64,000 nucleotides of DNA from an uncultured Pseudomonadota bacterium. Its GTDB lineage: Bacteria; Pseudomonadota; Gammaproteobacteria; Steroidobacterales; Steroidobacteraceae. Position 1 is the stretch's first letter. Each line of letters begins with the position of its first letter. Below, in pieces: positions 25,575-34,871 of this stretch. The notes beneath the pieces were generated by a model. It searched no databases. It was not told the origin of the DNA and was given only the letters and a program-made list of their open reading frames with translations. The translations under genes and the position numbers were made by a program. The stretch covers positions 321,950-385,949 of the forward strand of contig CAWFDT010000015.1 of NCBI GenBank assembly GCA_963814675.1, in the 5' to 3' direction.

Positions 25575-27527
25575 TTAGGGTGCTCCGTTGGTACCATTTC
25601 GCCCGTCCGAACCGCGAGCAGGGGTTGCAGGGCCGTCCTGTCCGAGGCACAGGTGTACTGCCGCTTCAAAAGAGCTCACACCATTTTCTGCGACGGACGC
25701 TTGCAACGAGAGATCGGTGGGGATTAAGACGCCCGGAAGAAATACGGCTACGACACGGCCGTTCGAAAAGTGCTGTTGGATTCGATCGATCGCGTTGTGG
25801 GCCTTGTCGCGCTCCAGGCTCGGAAAGGCGCTGACAAGATATACGACACCTACAGATGCCGGGTTTGCGTCTGGCGGTCGTTCGCGGGCATCGAGATCGT
25901 CCATCAAGACGTGGCGAGCATCAAGCTCCTGCTCGCGCAGCGCACGCACCAAGAGTTCGGCAGCGATAGTGTCGGCCCGCGAAGCCAACCCGATACAAAG
26001 CAAAATCGAGCCGGCGGGTACAACCACCGGTCCCTGCCATCTCCCAAGCAGTTGTTCGCGGTGCTGACGCAGGATGAGCCCTGGGTTCTGGTCGTCCAAA
26101 ACGGAGAAACGACGTCGGCGTAAGCGTCGGGGCTCATGACCCAGATCGGATACGACCTGCACGAGCACGTCGCGCAACTTGGCTTGCTGCTCCGGGCTGA
26201 TCGCCCCGTTTTCGCGATCCAGAGAGGCGAGGTGCAAAGCCGGCATTAAGACGAGATCGCAGTACGCTGCGAACGAATTTCGCTTCAGAAAGCCTCTTGC
26301 GAGAGTAAGGATCTCATCGGCATCGCCGGAGAGGGCCCGCTGATAGAACTTTTGCGCCAGTGTCAGCGCCTGAGACTCTCCTAGCAGGAGGTCAAGGAAG
26401 TTCAGCGCACGGATATGACGACCTACGACCAGTAGGCACAGGGTGAGTGGCGTCGACAGCACCAAGCCAATCGGACCCCAGATTGCGCTCCAGAAAATTG
26501 CCGCGACCACGACGGAGAGCGGCGACAATCCGGTGGTGTGACCGTAGAGATTGGGTTCAACGGCCTGACCCGCAATGAGTTCGACAACCACAAATAGGAC
26601 GAGTGTGCTTATAGCAAGGGACCACCCTGGGTCGACGGCGATTGCCAATGCCGTCGCCAATAGGGCAGCGAGCCAGACCCCGATATAGGGAACGAAGCGC
26701 AGAAGAGTAGCGAGTGCACCCCAAAGAAACGCCTGGGGAACGCCCAGAAGCGCCAAGCCCAGAGCGATTGTTACACCGACGCCAAGGTTGACCGCGAACT
26801 GCGATACGAAAAATTTCGAAAGCCGTTCGCCGGCGTCATTGAGGGCTGCCGTCGTCAGTCGGATATTAGTTCCCCCGACCACACGGATGAATCGATCGCG
26901 CAGCGTCTCGTGCTCGAGGAGCACGAACACCAATACGACCAGTACGATCCCGGTCGACGCGATGGGCTGCCAAATGGAGGCCAACACTCGTGCAATGACT
27001 TGCAATGGCGGCGATCGGGGTTGGTGTAACTCAACGGGAATCGGAGCCGTACCCGACGAGGCCGCGCTTGTTCCGACGCTTGTACTTGCCGCGCTTGAGG
27101 AGTGGTTCTCGACAAGTCGACTGGCTTCGCTCGTTAAAGCGTCGACCCGGCCCAGGGTGATCTGGTCCAGATAGCTCAGCTTTTGCTGAATCGTTCTTTC
27201 GTATTGGGGGAGCCCGCCCGCCATACGTAAGACCTGCGTCCCCAACACCGCGGCGGCTGCTGAGAGCACGACAGCCACGGCCAGTACCGCGAGAAGTACT
27301 GCGGGTGTTTGGCTTAATCCCAAGCGCCTCAGTCTGCGGACCAAGGGGGCAATCAGCAGGCTGAGCATCAGCGCAACGGTAATCGGGATTAAGACGTCAC
27401 GGCCGGCATAAAGAAGACCCAGCACGGTTGCGAAGGCAATTACGCCTAAAGCGCGGTCACGTAGCGGTCCTGCGCCCGGCGGATCAATCGTAGGACCGCG
27501 GAGGAGGTTTTGGTTGTCTTGATCCAT
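25575..27527 (-). CDS. AI-2E family transporter (PerM/UPF0118) with a roughly 290-aa C-terminal cytoplasmic extension
   Basis: 650 aa. The N-terminal half has about 8 TM segments and FVPYIGVWLAA...IWGPIGLVLSTPLT. The C-terminal half is soluble. Confidence 0.8.
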   Translation of the reverse strand: MDQDNQNLLRGPTIDPPGAGPLRDRALGVIAFATVLGLLYAGRDVLIPITVALMLSLLIAPLVRRLRRLGLSQTPAVLLAVLAVAVVLSAAAAVLGTQVLRMAGGLPQYERTIQQKLSYLDQITLGRVDALTSEASRLVENHSSSAASTSVGTSAASSGTAPIPVELHQPRSPPLQVIARVLASIWQPIASTGIVLVVLVFVLLEHETLRDRFIRVVGGTNIRLTTAALNDAGERLSKFFVSQFAVNLGVGVTIALGLALLGVPQAFLWGALATLLRFVPYIGVWLAALLATALAIAVDPGWSLAISTLVLFVVVELIAGQAVEPNLYGHTTGLSPLSVVVAAIFWSAIWGPIGLVLSTPLTLCLLVVGRHIRALNFLDLLLGESQALTLAQKFYQRALSGDADEILTLARGFLKRNSFAAYCDLVLMPALHLASLDRENGAISPEQQAKLRDVLVQVVSDLGHEPRRLRRRRFSVLDDQNPGLILRQHREQLLGRWQGPVVVPAGSILLCIGLASRADTIAAELLVRALREQELDARHVLMDDLDARERPPDANPASVGVVYLVSAFPSLERDKAHNAIDRIQQHFSNGRVVAVFLPGVLIPTDLSLQASVAENGVSSFEAAVHLCLGQDGPATPARGSDGRNGTNGAP

Positions 27528-28047
27528 GCATCCCCCAAAGATTCCACCTGGGCAATTGTTGGCTTAAGAAGCACCAGTATCAAACGTTGGAAGTTCTTGT
27601 CCCGGGTGCTCGTGGGGCTGGCTGCATTCTAAACCGCACTTACGCCGACGACACTCCTGCGCTACATCTTTGGGATTCCGATCCGAGGGCTCGTGCGCCG
27701 GCCCCGTTTAACCGAGGTTCGAGTCCCTATCCTTCGCTGGTCGATTCCGCACTGGCTTCGGTCCTGCGGACGGCACACGGTGCGCAGCTAGTTGGAGACC
27801 CGGATACCAGTAAAAGACATTTTTGCGAGCTGTTGAAAGGTTTGTGCTGACACCGACAAGCCTGGAAAAATTGAGCTCAAAGAAGCGCGCGAAGCATTGG
27901 CGGGCCGGAAGCGCTAATTTAGACTGCCCCGAAGCAGACGCTCACGGGCGGCAGCGTAGGGTGCAGGATCTGCCCTCAGCGGGGCGTGCCAGCCTAAGCT
28001 CAGGCCGGGTACCTGCGAACGGACATTGATTCGTGGAGAACTGGTAA

Positions 28048-28719
28048 ATGCATATTGGCCTTATCGGAGGGATTGGCCCTGCGGCGACTGATTTTTACTA
28101 TCGGCGGCTGATTTCAACGTTTGCCAGCAAGAAGGCGGCGCTTGAGCTGACGATCGTGCATGCCGACGCACCAACGCTTCTTGGGAATCTCGCGAGTAAT
28201 GACGCCGCTACCCAAGTCACCATCTATATGAAGCTGACCGACCGCTTGGCTGCGGCGGGAGCCGAGTGCGTCGCTATCACGTCCGTGGCTGGCCACTTCT
28301 GTATCGATGCGTTCAAGGCGTCGTCCGTGCTACCGGTTGTTGACATGATTTCCGAAGTCAACCGAGCCATTGAGCGTCGAGCCTTCGAACGGATCGGAAT
28401 CCTCGGAACCCGCACGGTGATGAAGACGCGCCTTTATGGAGGCGTTTCCTGTGTGGAAATCGTCCCGCCCAGCGGCCAGGATCTGGAAGATGTGCACCAG
28501 GCCTATGTTGCGATGGCAGCGTCCGGCATCGTTACAGCAGCTCAGCGCGCGGTCTTATCCGCGGTCAGCAAAAAGTTGCTCAAGGAATCTGGCGTCGAGG
28601 CAATCATGCTTGGAGGCACCGATCTCGTACTGGCCTTCAACGAACGAGACACAGAATTTCCGCTCATCGACTGCGCCGGCATCCATGCGGACGCCATCGC
28701 GAAATTGGCCACCACCTGA
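28048..28719 (+). CDS. aspartate/glutamate racemase family protein
   Basis: 223 aa with MHIGLIGGIGPAATDFYYRRL and two conserved Cys contexts (AITSVAGH / GGTDL). Confidence 0.85.
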   Translation: MHIGLIGGIGPAATDFYYRRLISTFASKKAALELTIVHADAPTLLGNLASNDAATQVTIYMKLTDRLAAAGAECVAITSVAGHFCIDAFKASSVLPVVDMISEVNRAIERRAFERIGILGTRTVMKTRLYGGVSCVEIVPPSGQDLEDVHQAYVAMAASGIVTAAQRAVLSAVSKKLLKESGVEAIMLGGTDLVLAFNERDTEFPLIDCAGIHADAIAKLATT

Positions 28720-28995
28720 GATTGTCGTGAGGTCGGCACCCCGCTGCGGAGAGGTCCTGCCGTCGAGAGACCTGCAGTAACCACTTCCGCACCCGACACG
28801 GTATGAACGCCGCGCCGGCAATCTGGCTCGACTCGCTCGGCGCAAAGAAGAGCTTCTATATAGGTCTGGTAACCAAAAGCTTCGCCGGATGTCCCCGAAT
28901 GGACAACTCTTCAGCCAGGAATAACGTCCTGAGACTTCACAGCTAGCGCAGCACTGAGCTGCGATTAAACAAGCATATTGGAAGGAGAACGCCAC

Positions 28996-29523
28996 ATGAG
29001 AGGGATCAGCTACCTGTTGAGTGCAGTCCTTGCGATGACCTGTGTGATTGTCTACATGGCACGGGCATCTGAACAGGCCGATGGAAAAGCGCCCCCGATC
29101 TTCGGAGTCCAGATTCCCCCGGGATACCGCGACTGGAAGTTGATCTCCGTGGCCCACGAAGAAGGCAACAACAACGATATTCGCGCCATTCTGGGCAACG
29201 ATATTGCGATCAAGGCTTATCGGGAGGAGAAACTGCCGTTCCCGGACGGCACAATTATTGCCCGACTGGCCTGGAGTTACGTCGCGTCCGAGGAAAACAA
29301 CAAAGTCTTTGGGCGTGCCCAATCTTTCGTTGCCGGTGCTCCCACAAATGTTCAGTTCATGGTCAAGGACTCAAAAAAATACGCGGCAACGGGCGGCTGG
29401 GGATTCGCTCAATTCAAAGACGGCAAACCTGTCGAGGAGGCGCTGCTCAAACCTTGCTTTCCTTGTCACGTGCCGATTGAATCTCGCGACTTTGTCTTCA
29501 CTCGTTACTCGCCCTCACCCTGA
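28996..29523 (+). CDS. cytochrome P460 family protein
   Basis: AAGGAG lies 8 nt upstream of ATG 28996. Signal peptide is present. C-terminal haem motif CFPCH and WGFAQFKDGK. Confidence 0.85.
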   Translation: MRGISYLLSAVLAMTCVIVYMARASEQADGKAPPIFGVQIPPGYRDWKLISVAHEEGNNNDIRAILGNDIAIKAYREEKLPFPDGTIIARLAWSYVASEENNKVFGRAQSFVAGAPTNVQFMVKDSKKYAATGGWGFAQFKDGKPVEEALLKPCFPCHVPIESRDFVFTRYSPSP

Positions 29524-29599
29524 TCCGAAGATCAGGGGACGTTCGGTTTTCAATGGCGAGAACAGGCCGAACCATATCGGCCTGCCGTTTCGGAGTTAG

Positions 29600-29675
29600 G
29601 ACTTTGGCCGAGATTCGCAACTTCAAAACGCCCTGGATGGATGCTCCAGGGTGGGGACGATTGAATAAAGCGCTA
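29600..29675 (+). repeat. fragment of the H1 repeat unit (3' module)
   Basis: CAACTTCAAAACGCCCTGGATGGATGC (29618-29644) recurs at 51535-51563 (+) and 55650-55680 (-). The following GGACGATTGAATAAAGCGCT matches the H1/H2 junction. Confidence 0.7.
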
Positions 29676-29691
29676 TGGGTCGGCTTTTCCC

Positions 29692-30798
29692 TCACCCGAA
29701 TGTAAAGTCAAAGGCGGCGACGCCGGGCTCAAGAAACTGAATCTCGAACTCCCGATCTGTGATGGGTCCGCGTGATTGCCGAATGAGCTGATACATCCGC
29801 GGCTCGGTAACCGCGCCGCTGCCTTGGTCATCGGTATCGGAACCGTGCGCGGCACCGGGCGGCCGACCATCGATAAGGACACGAAAGTTCACCGACCCTC
29901 CACCGGCCGGGGGACTCAGAATCAAATTTACGTCACGGGCGTTAAAGCGGTACACAAGCCGCCCGCCGTCTGCGTTCAGGACCGCGGAATCAATGGTCAC
30001 GGTCCAATCGCCCGTAAGCGCCCACTCGTTGAGTTCAAGCTTCGCGGGTAACTCGTAGACGTGACGCTTTCCCAACAACGCCCCGCCGCTGGAGGCGAAG
30101 GTATCGCTGCGTTTGTAACCCAGGTAGGTTTCGGGGGACTTCAGAGTCGTCCAGTCCGCGGCAGCTTCTACCCCAGCGGGTATCACCGATACCAGAGCCT
30201 GACCGGCGCCCCTGTGTCCAGCCTCCGCCAATAACCGTTGAATGACCTCCTCCGACTGCGCGTAGTCGCCCTCCCCAAATTGGTGGTGCCGAATCCGACC
30301 CCGGGCATCAACGAAATACAGTGCTGGCCAGTACTGGTTCTTGAAGGCGCCCCATATTGCGTACTCACTGTCGACTGCGACTGGGAAGGTAATGCCGATC
30401 TCCTTGACCGCGCGCTGCACGTTATGGATGTTTTTCTCGAATTCAAACTCGGGTGTATGCACGCCGATGACCACGAGTCCTTGATCCCGGTACTTCTCCG
30501 CCCACGCACGAACGTAGGGGAGGGTGCGTCGCCAGTTGATACACGTGTAGGTCCAGAACTCCACGACCACGACTTTGCTGCGCAGCTGAGCCAAAGTCAG
30601 TGGTGGCGTGTTGATCCACTCCATTGCGCCTTCGAGGGAAGGTGCTGAGCCTTCGATCGGCAACGGGCCTGCTGAGAATGTCAAGGTATGCTCCTCGCTC
30701 TTGCGCTCAGCCGGGACAGCCCCGCACCAGAGTCCAATCACGCAGACCACTAGTGCGAGAGGCAGGCGGCGAACTGGTTGCACGACGGGCCTTCTCAT
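29692..30798 (-). CDS. thioredoxin-fold redoxin, DipZ C-terminal-domain-like, secreted
   Basis: VVVVEFWTYTCINWRRTLPYVRAWAEKYRDQGLVVIGVHTPEFEFEK...YWPALYFVD. ATG at 30798 gives MRRPVVQPVRRLPLALVVCVIGLW. The upstream 91 codons look non-coding. Confidence 0.75.
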   Translation of the reverse strand: MRRPVVQPVRRLPLALVVCVIGLWCGAVPAERKSEEHTLTFSAGPLPIEGSAPSLEGAMEWINTPPLTLAQLRSKVVVVEFWTYTCINWRRTLPYVRAWAEKYRDQGLVVIGVHTPEFEFEKNIHNVQRAVKEIGITFPVAVDSEYAIWGAFKNQYWPALYFVDARGRIRHHQFGEGDYAQSEEVIQRLLAEAGHRGAGQALVSVIPAGVEAAADWTTLKSPETYLGYKRSDTFASSGGALLGKRHVYELPAKLELNEWALTGDWTVTIDSAVLNADGGRLVYRFNARDVNLILSPPAGGGSVNFRVLIDGRPPGAAHGSDTDDQGSGAVTEPRMYQLIRQSRGPITDREFEIQFLEPGVAAFDFTFG

Positions 30799-31279
30799 GG
30801 CTTCGGTGTGGCGGCAGGCGCATCGGCGGCTCCGGCCTCGGCGTACCCGATGTTCAAGGGTCCGGCGTCGATCTGTTTCACCGACGAAAAGGGCGTCTGA
30901 GGAGTCGGCGGCTTCGCTGGGCTGCTCAGACGAAGGCTCGGTGGCCATTGTGTTTGCTAGGGCGATCAGACCGAGCCGGGCGGAGGGCGCGGTCGCGGCG
31001 GCAGGCCCCAGAAGCTGCCGGCGGCTGAGGTTGACTTCACATGACACTGTGCATCTCCTGGCGGCAAGCACTCGCGCTGCGAGCAGTTTGAGTGTAAGGC
31101 GGCCTGTGCGCTATAGGGTTGGGAACCGCCGTGAGTCTCGCTCGTTCTACTCGGCGGATGGGGGCTCCGAAAGTCACTTCGCGCGGTTCGCCGACCGCGC
31201 AATACATTGGCGCACAGCCACATTGACGAGACGCCCCGCTTTCGCCCCAAGATCCCGTCAATTCAACTGAGTGCCCTTG

Positions 31280-31468
31280 TCAGTCGTCGTGGAGCAATGT
31301 CAGTGCTTCTTCGACGCGGTCCTCGGGGACGAGCAGTCGGACGCCCGCATCACCGCCCTCCATTCCGACGCTGATTCCGATAACGACGGCGGGGATGCCG
31401 GCCGCGTCTAGAGTGAGCCTCGCCAAATCGGCCTCAACAGTCGTAGGGTACGTCTTGATACTCTTCAT
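31280..31468 (-). CDS. DUF2007-like small protein
   Basis: 62 aa from the internal ATG: MKSIKTYPTTVEADLARLTLDAAGIPAVV.... Confidence 0.55.
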   Translation of the reverse strand: MKSIKTYPTTVEADLARLTLDAAGIPAVVIGISVGMEGGDAGVRLLVPEDRVEEALTLLHDD

Positions 31469-31694
31469 GGATGGCTGCCTCGTGCGGATACGCCTGTAGT
31501 GTGCACCGCTGTCATTGAACTGCCGGAATGTCCTGAGCGTGATACGAACAGCCATGCAGCACAATTTTCTAGATACCGGACCTTCCTGAGTCCGCGGCAG
31601 AGTGGCCACACTGCCTTAATGGGACCAAAGCTAGACGCAACCCAGTATGAATGGCCCTCAACAGTAAGCGGCGGTCGTCGCGGTCGTCGGTGCG

Positions 31695-32186
31695 TTACGC
31701 ACCGCCCGCTGCCTGCAGGACTGTCTCCAGTTCGGTATCCAATTCCCGCCCGACCTCCGTGATCCGTTCATCGCCAAACTGTATGAAAAGCGAAGATGGA
31801 AGGTCGTACTCAAAGATCGCCTTCCCCGACTCGTCTTCGTAAAGCATGACGCGCAAGGGTGCATAGAGCCCCGCCGCTAAAGCGTGTCGCGTCATCCGTT
31901 CGGCGGTGAGGGGATTGCCGATCTCATATTGCATCCCCTTGGAAGTCTGACCATCCGCGCCAGTAAGCTCGCCATGGTTCCGTACGAGGAAGAGCCAGAG
32001 TTTCGGCCAGTCGCGTCGTGCGATGGCAACCTTCTCCTTGTCCCCTCGCACCAGGATCTCGGACACTTCAGGCTTCAGTGCCGGTACAGAGTCGATCAAT
32101 GCCCTATGAACCTCGTCAAAAGGACGAGCACATGGCAAGGCGCGATGCTCTACCGACAATGTTCGCAATAACCGGGGAGCCGCCAT
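31695..32186 (-). CDS. DUF302 domain protein
   Basis: 163 aa. YEIGNPLTAERMTRHALAAGLYAPLRVMLYED is typical of DUF302. Confidence 0.75.
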   Translation of the reverse strand: MAAPRLLRTLSVEHRALPCARPFDEVHRALIDSVPALKPEVSEILVRGDKEKVAIARRDWPKLWLFLVRNHGELTGADGQTSKGMQYEIGNPLTAERMTRHALAAGLYAPLRVMLYEDESGKAIFEYDLPSSLFIQFGDERITEVGRELDTELETVLQAAGGA

Positions 32187-32397
32187 ATGGACCTCCGTTG
32201 TACTGACGTGCAGGGATACTAATCATGCAACCTCGACGGTTGCCTTTCTATGGCGCGCGTCTGATTGGTTCCAAACGGGCGCACTCGAGCCAGAAACGAC
32301 AAAACAGGCTAGATCGCTCAAGACGGCTTGCGCTGGCCGCCGCCTCAACCTCTCCTTGCGCTGACCCCCAAACCTGCGTTCGAAGAGGAACTTCAAT

Positions 32398-32866
32398 ATG
32401 AACTCCAAGCAAGCCAAACCGAGCATCGTGTTTGCTCACGGACTCTGGGCCGATGGCTCGTGCTTCAGCAAACTGATCCCCACGCTTCAGGCCGAGGGGC
32501 ACGAGGTGGTCGCGGCTCAGAACAGCCTCGACACGTTCAAAGGAGACGTGGCTGCGGTTACTCGCGCGCTCGGGCGGGTCAGGAGTCCCGCTATCCTCGT
32601 CGGCCACTCGTACGGCGGAACCGTGATAACCGCCGCGGGAACCGATGATCGAGTTTCCGCTCTGGTCTACATCGCCGCACTCGCCCCGGACGCCACCGAG
32701 ACCTCGCAAAGCCAGCAAAATCAGTTTCCTACCACGGACGTCTTCGCCCACATCGAAGTTGCAGACGGGCGCGTCTGGCTGAAACCGGATGGCATCGAGT
32801 GCTTCGCGGGAGACCTTTCCGAGCAGGAGCAGAAGCTCGTCTGGGCGACCCAGGGCGTGCCAGATG
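32398..32866 (+). pseudogene. alpha/beta hydrolase, 3'-truncated (about 156 of about 235 codons remain)
   Basis: SIVFAHGLWADGSCF and the nucleophile elbow LVGHSYGG are good up to ...LVWATQGVPDA. After that the frame reads through antisense AraC sequence. Confidence 0.7.
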
Positions 32867-32867
32867 C

Positions 32868-33740
32868 CCGAAGCTTTTGCCAAGCCTGCAGGCCGCGCCC
32901 GGCGGATTTGCCGACCTGTGGAGCCCCACAATATCGCTGCAAAACGTGCGCACCCAAGAGCATTGCAATCTGGTCAAGGGTCAGCTTATCCAGGGGTTCG
33001 CCCTGCGTCACGGGAGAAAGGATCGATCGTGTGAGTTGCGCGACAACCAGATCCTCGATGAAGAACGCTTCCCGAAGCTCGTACGATGGCGCAACACCAT
33101 TATCGAGTGCGATTCTCTTCAACAGCGGGGCGGAAAGGTAATAATGAAGATAGTCGAATGGTCCGCGAACCCACATCTCCATGGAGCAAAGCAAATCGAG
33201 CACTGTTGTTGCAAAGGGAATCGCTCGTGTCACTCCTACTTCCCGCCCCTTGTAACGCGCGCGCCACTGGCCAATTGCCGTCGGCGTGAGTGAGACGCAG
33301 ACGAGGAGGGCGTCATCCGCCGGATAAGCTGGAGCCTTCTCTGCCGGCCTTGGACCTGAGCGAAGGCGTGTCACGGCAAAGTCGGGCTTCTCGTGCGAGC
33401 CCTCCAACCTGCAGTCGTAGTCCGGTGCGCTAAAAATCTCCGCCAACGACGATCCGAACAGGCGCGGGGCGGAGTCTGGGTGTCCGGTTGGTTGTGCGCC
33501 AGACTCAGTCTGGGGCCGCTTGAGGGGCTGCGCGACGATCCGCTTCAGTGCTTTGGATTCAGGACCGCCTTTGTCCAGAGCGTTGGCTTCCTTGCGCCGC
33601 GAAACGGCAGATGGGCTCATTTCAGTACGCTCATCCGATCCAACGATGGGCATCATAGTACCGCTGGCAGCGCGGTCGGCGCGATGTGCTGCATTCCCGA
33701 GGGCGTAAGACGCGTTCGCGTCTCCTTCCAGCCCAGCCAA
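32868..33740 (-). pseudogene. AraC-family regulator lacking its C-terminal HTH domain; true start uncertain
   Basis: The effector-domain part ends ...GRGLQAWQKLRA, where AraC proteins begin the roughly 100-aa HTH domain. The remaining 45 codons are antisense of the hydrolase gene. Confidence 0.6.
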
Positions 33741-34559
33741 GGCCAGAGAGGACCGCTTAGCCGAGCCGGTCTCCTTCCCCGCGACCGCGCTCCGCAGCTT
33801 CTAATTTCTTGGCAGCGCGTCGATTGCGCCAGCGCTGTCGCCGGTCCATCGTCATGGGCCACAAGAGGATAAGGACGATCGCCATAAGGCAGCCGACCAC
33901 AACTCCATCGACAAGGTGGCGCGAGAGCAAGTCCACGGCCGGATGCTAGCGCGGGGGAACCATGATTCAAAGGACCGCCCCGCGAGCAGATCACGATTGC
34001 CCTCGAGACTGGATATCAAATCATGGAGCTGATCTTGAGCGAGCTAGACCGCTCCAAACGTCCACAACCAAGGAACTAAGTAGCAACGCAAACGTTGCGC
34101 CAATATCAAACAGAATGAATTCCATAAGTCACCAGAGTCTTCGCGTCATTTGCGGTAGAGCAGTGTAGGGACCGGCAGGGCAATGCACAGTCACCGGGCG
34201 AGAGGGCGGGAACGGCTATTCCTGGGAGTTGTAGAACCGGAAGTTCTTCGCCCCGTCCAACGAAGTCGGCGCTCGCCGGGCTCCAGACATCGCCACGATC
34301 GACCGGCGGTGCGGTCAATGTCCGCTCAATTGCTCTTGAACGGCTGGTAACGCAGGAGTCGTCAGATCGCTCAGGGTCGGTAGCCCAGGCCGATCTGGTG
34401 GCCGGCGGCCCAAAACCTTCCCGTTCGGCCCTCGTCACCGGACGGGCTGGAAGTCGCCGGAACCAGTCACTCCTTGTTGGCCAATCAATGAGCCCTTCTT
34501 GATCAGGTCAAGGACACAGGGGCTCAAGCTCAACTGGAAAACACTTCTGGTCGCATAGA

Positions 34560-34687
34560 AGCTAGCGGTCCATTCGACAGATCAACGGGCCGCCCGCGTT
34601 TTACCACCAGTACGCCTTTCTTGAACTTGGCCGCGCGCCGCCCGCCGCGCCGGGGCCAATGACGATAAGGTCAAAATGCTGCGACAT
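34560..34687 (-). pseudogene. N-terminal relic of a pyridine-nucleotide-disulfide (FAD) oxidoreductase
   Basis: ATG at 34687 gives MSQHFDLIVIGPGAAGGA (GxGxxG), and a shifted frame gives AAKFKKGVLVVKRG. No further homology-like sequence follows. Confidence 0.35.
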
Positions 34688-34799
34688 GCGCCGCCTTGCG
34701 TGAACCGCACCGCTTCCCAAGACGTTAATGTCGGAACATGTCGAATCCGAAGCGGTCCGTTCGTCCTAGGTTCATACAAGGCAAGGAGAGTGCTGACCC

Positions 34800-34871
34800 A
34801 TGCGGAAGATCATCGTCGGCGCCATGGTTTCCATGGATGGCATCATGCAATCACCCGGAGCCTTTCAATGA
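34800..34871 (+). pseudogene. 23-codon N-terminal relic of a dihydrofolate-reductase-family (RibD C-terminal domain) gene
   Basis: AAGGAGAG lies 10 nt upstream. MRKIIVGAMVSMDGIMQSPGAFQ* matches the usual MRKxIVxxFVSLDGVMQAPGG N-terminus. Its TGA overlaps the GST ATG (ATGA). Confidence 0.5.

Noticed and set aside
29804-31071. Tat-like motif SRRQLLGPAAATAP in the upstream part of ORF 29692-31071
   Set aside because: It is separated from the redoxin domain by about 60 residues of Arg/Ser-rich non-protein-like sequence. The internal ATG 30798 gives a normal Sec-type signal peptide.
33800-33975. About 58-codon minus-strand ORF with one hydrophobic helix (VVVGCLMAIVLILLWP) followed by a basic tail
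   Set aside because: It is below the ORF cutoff, has a GTG start without a clear SD, and carries no family signal.
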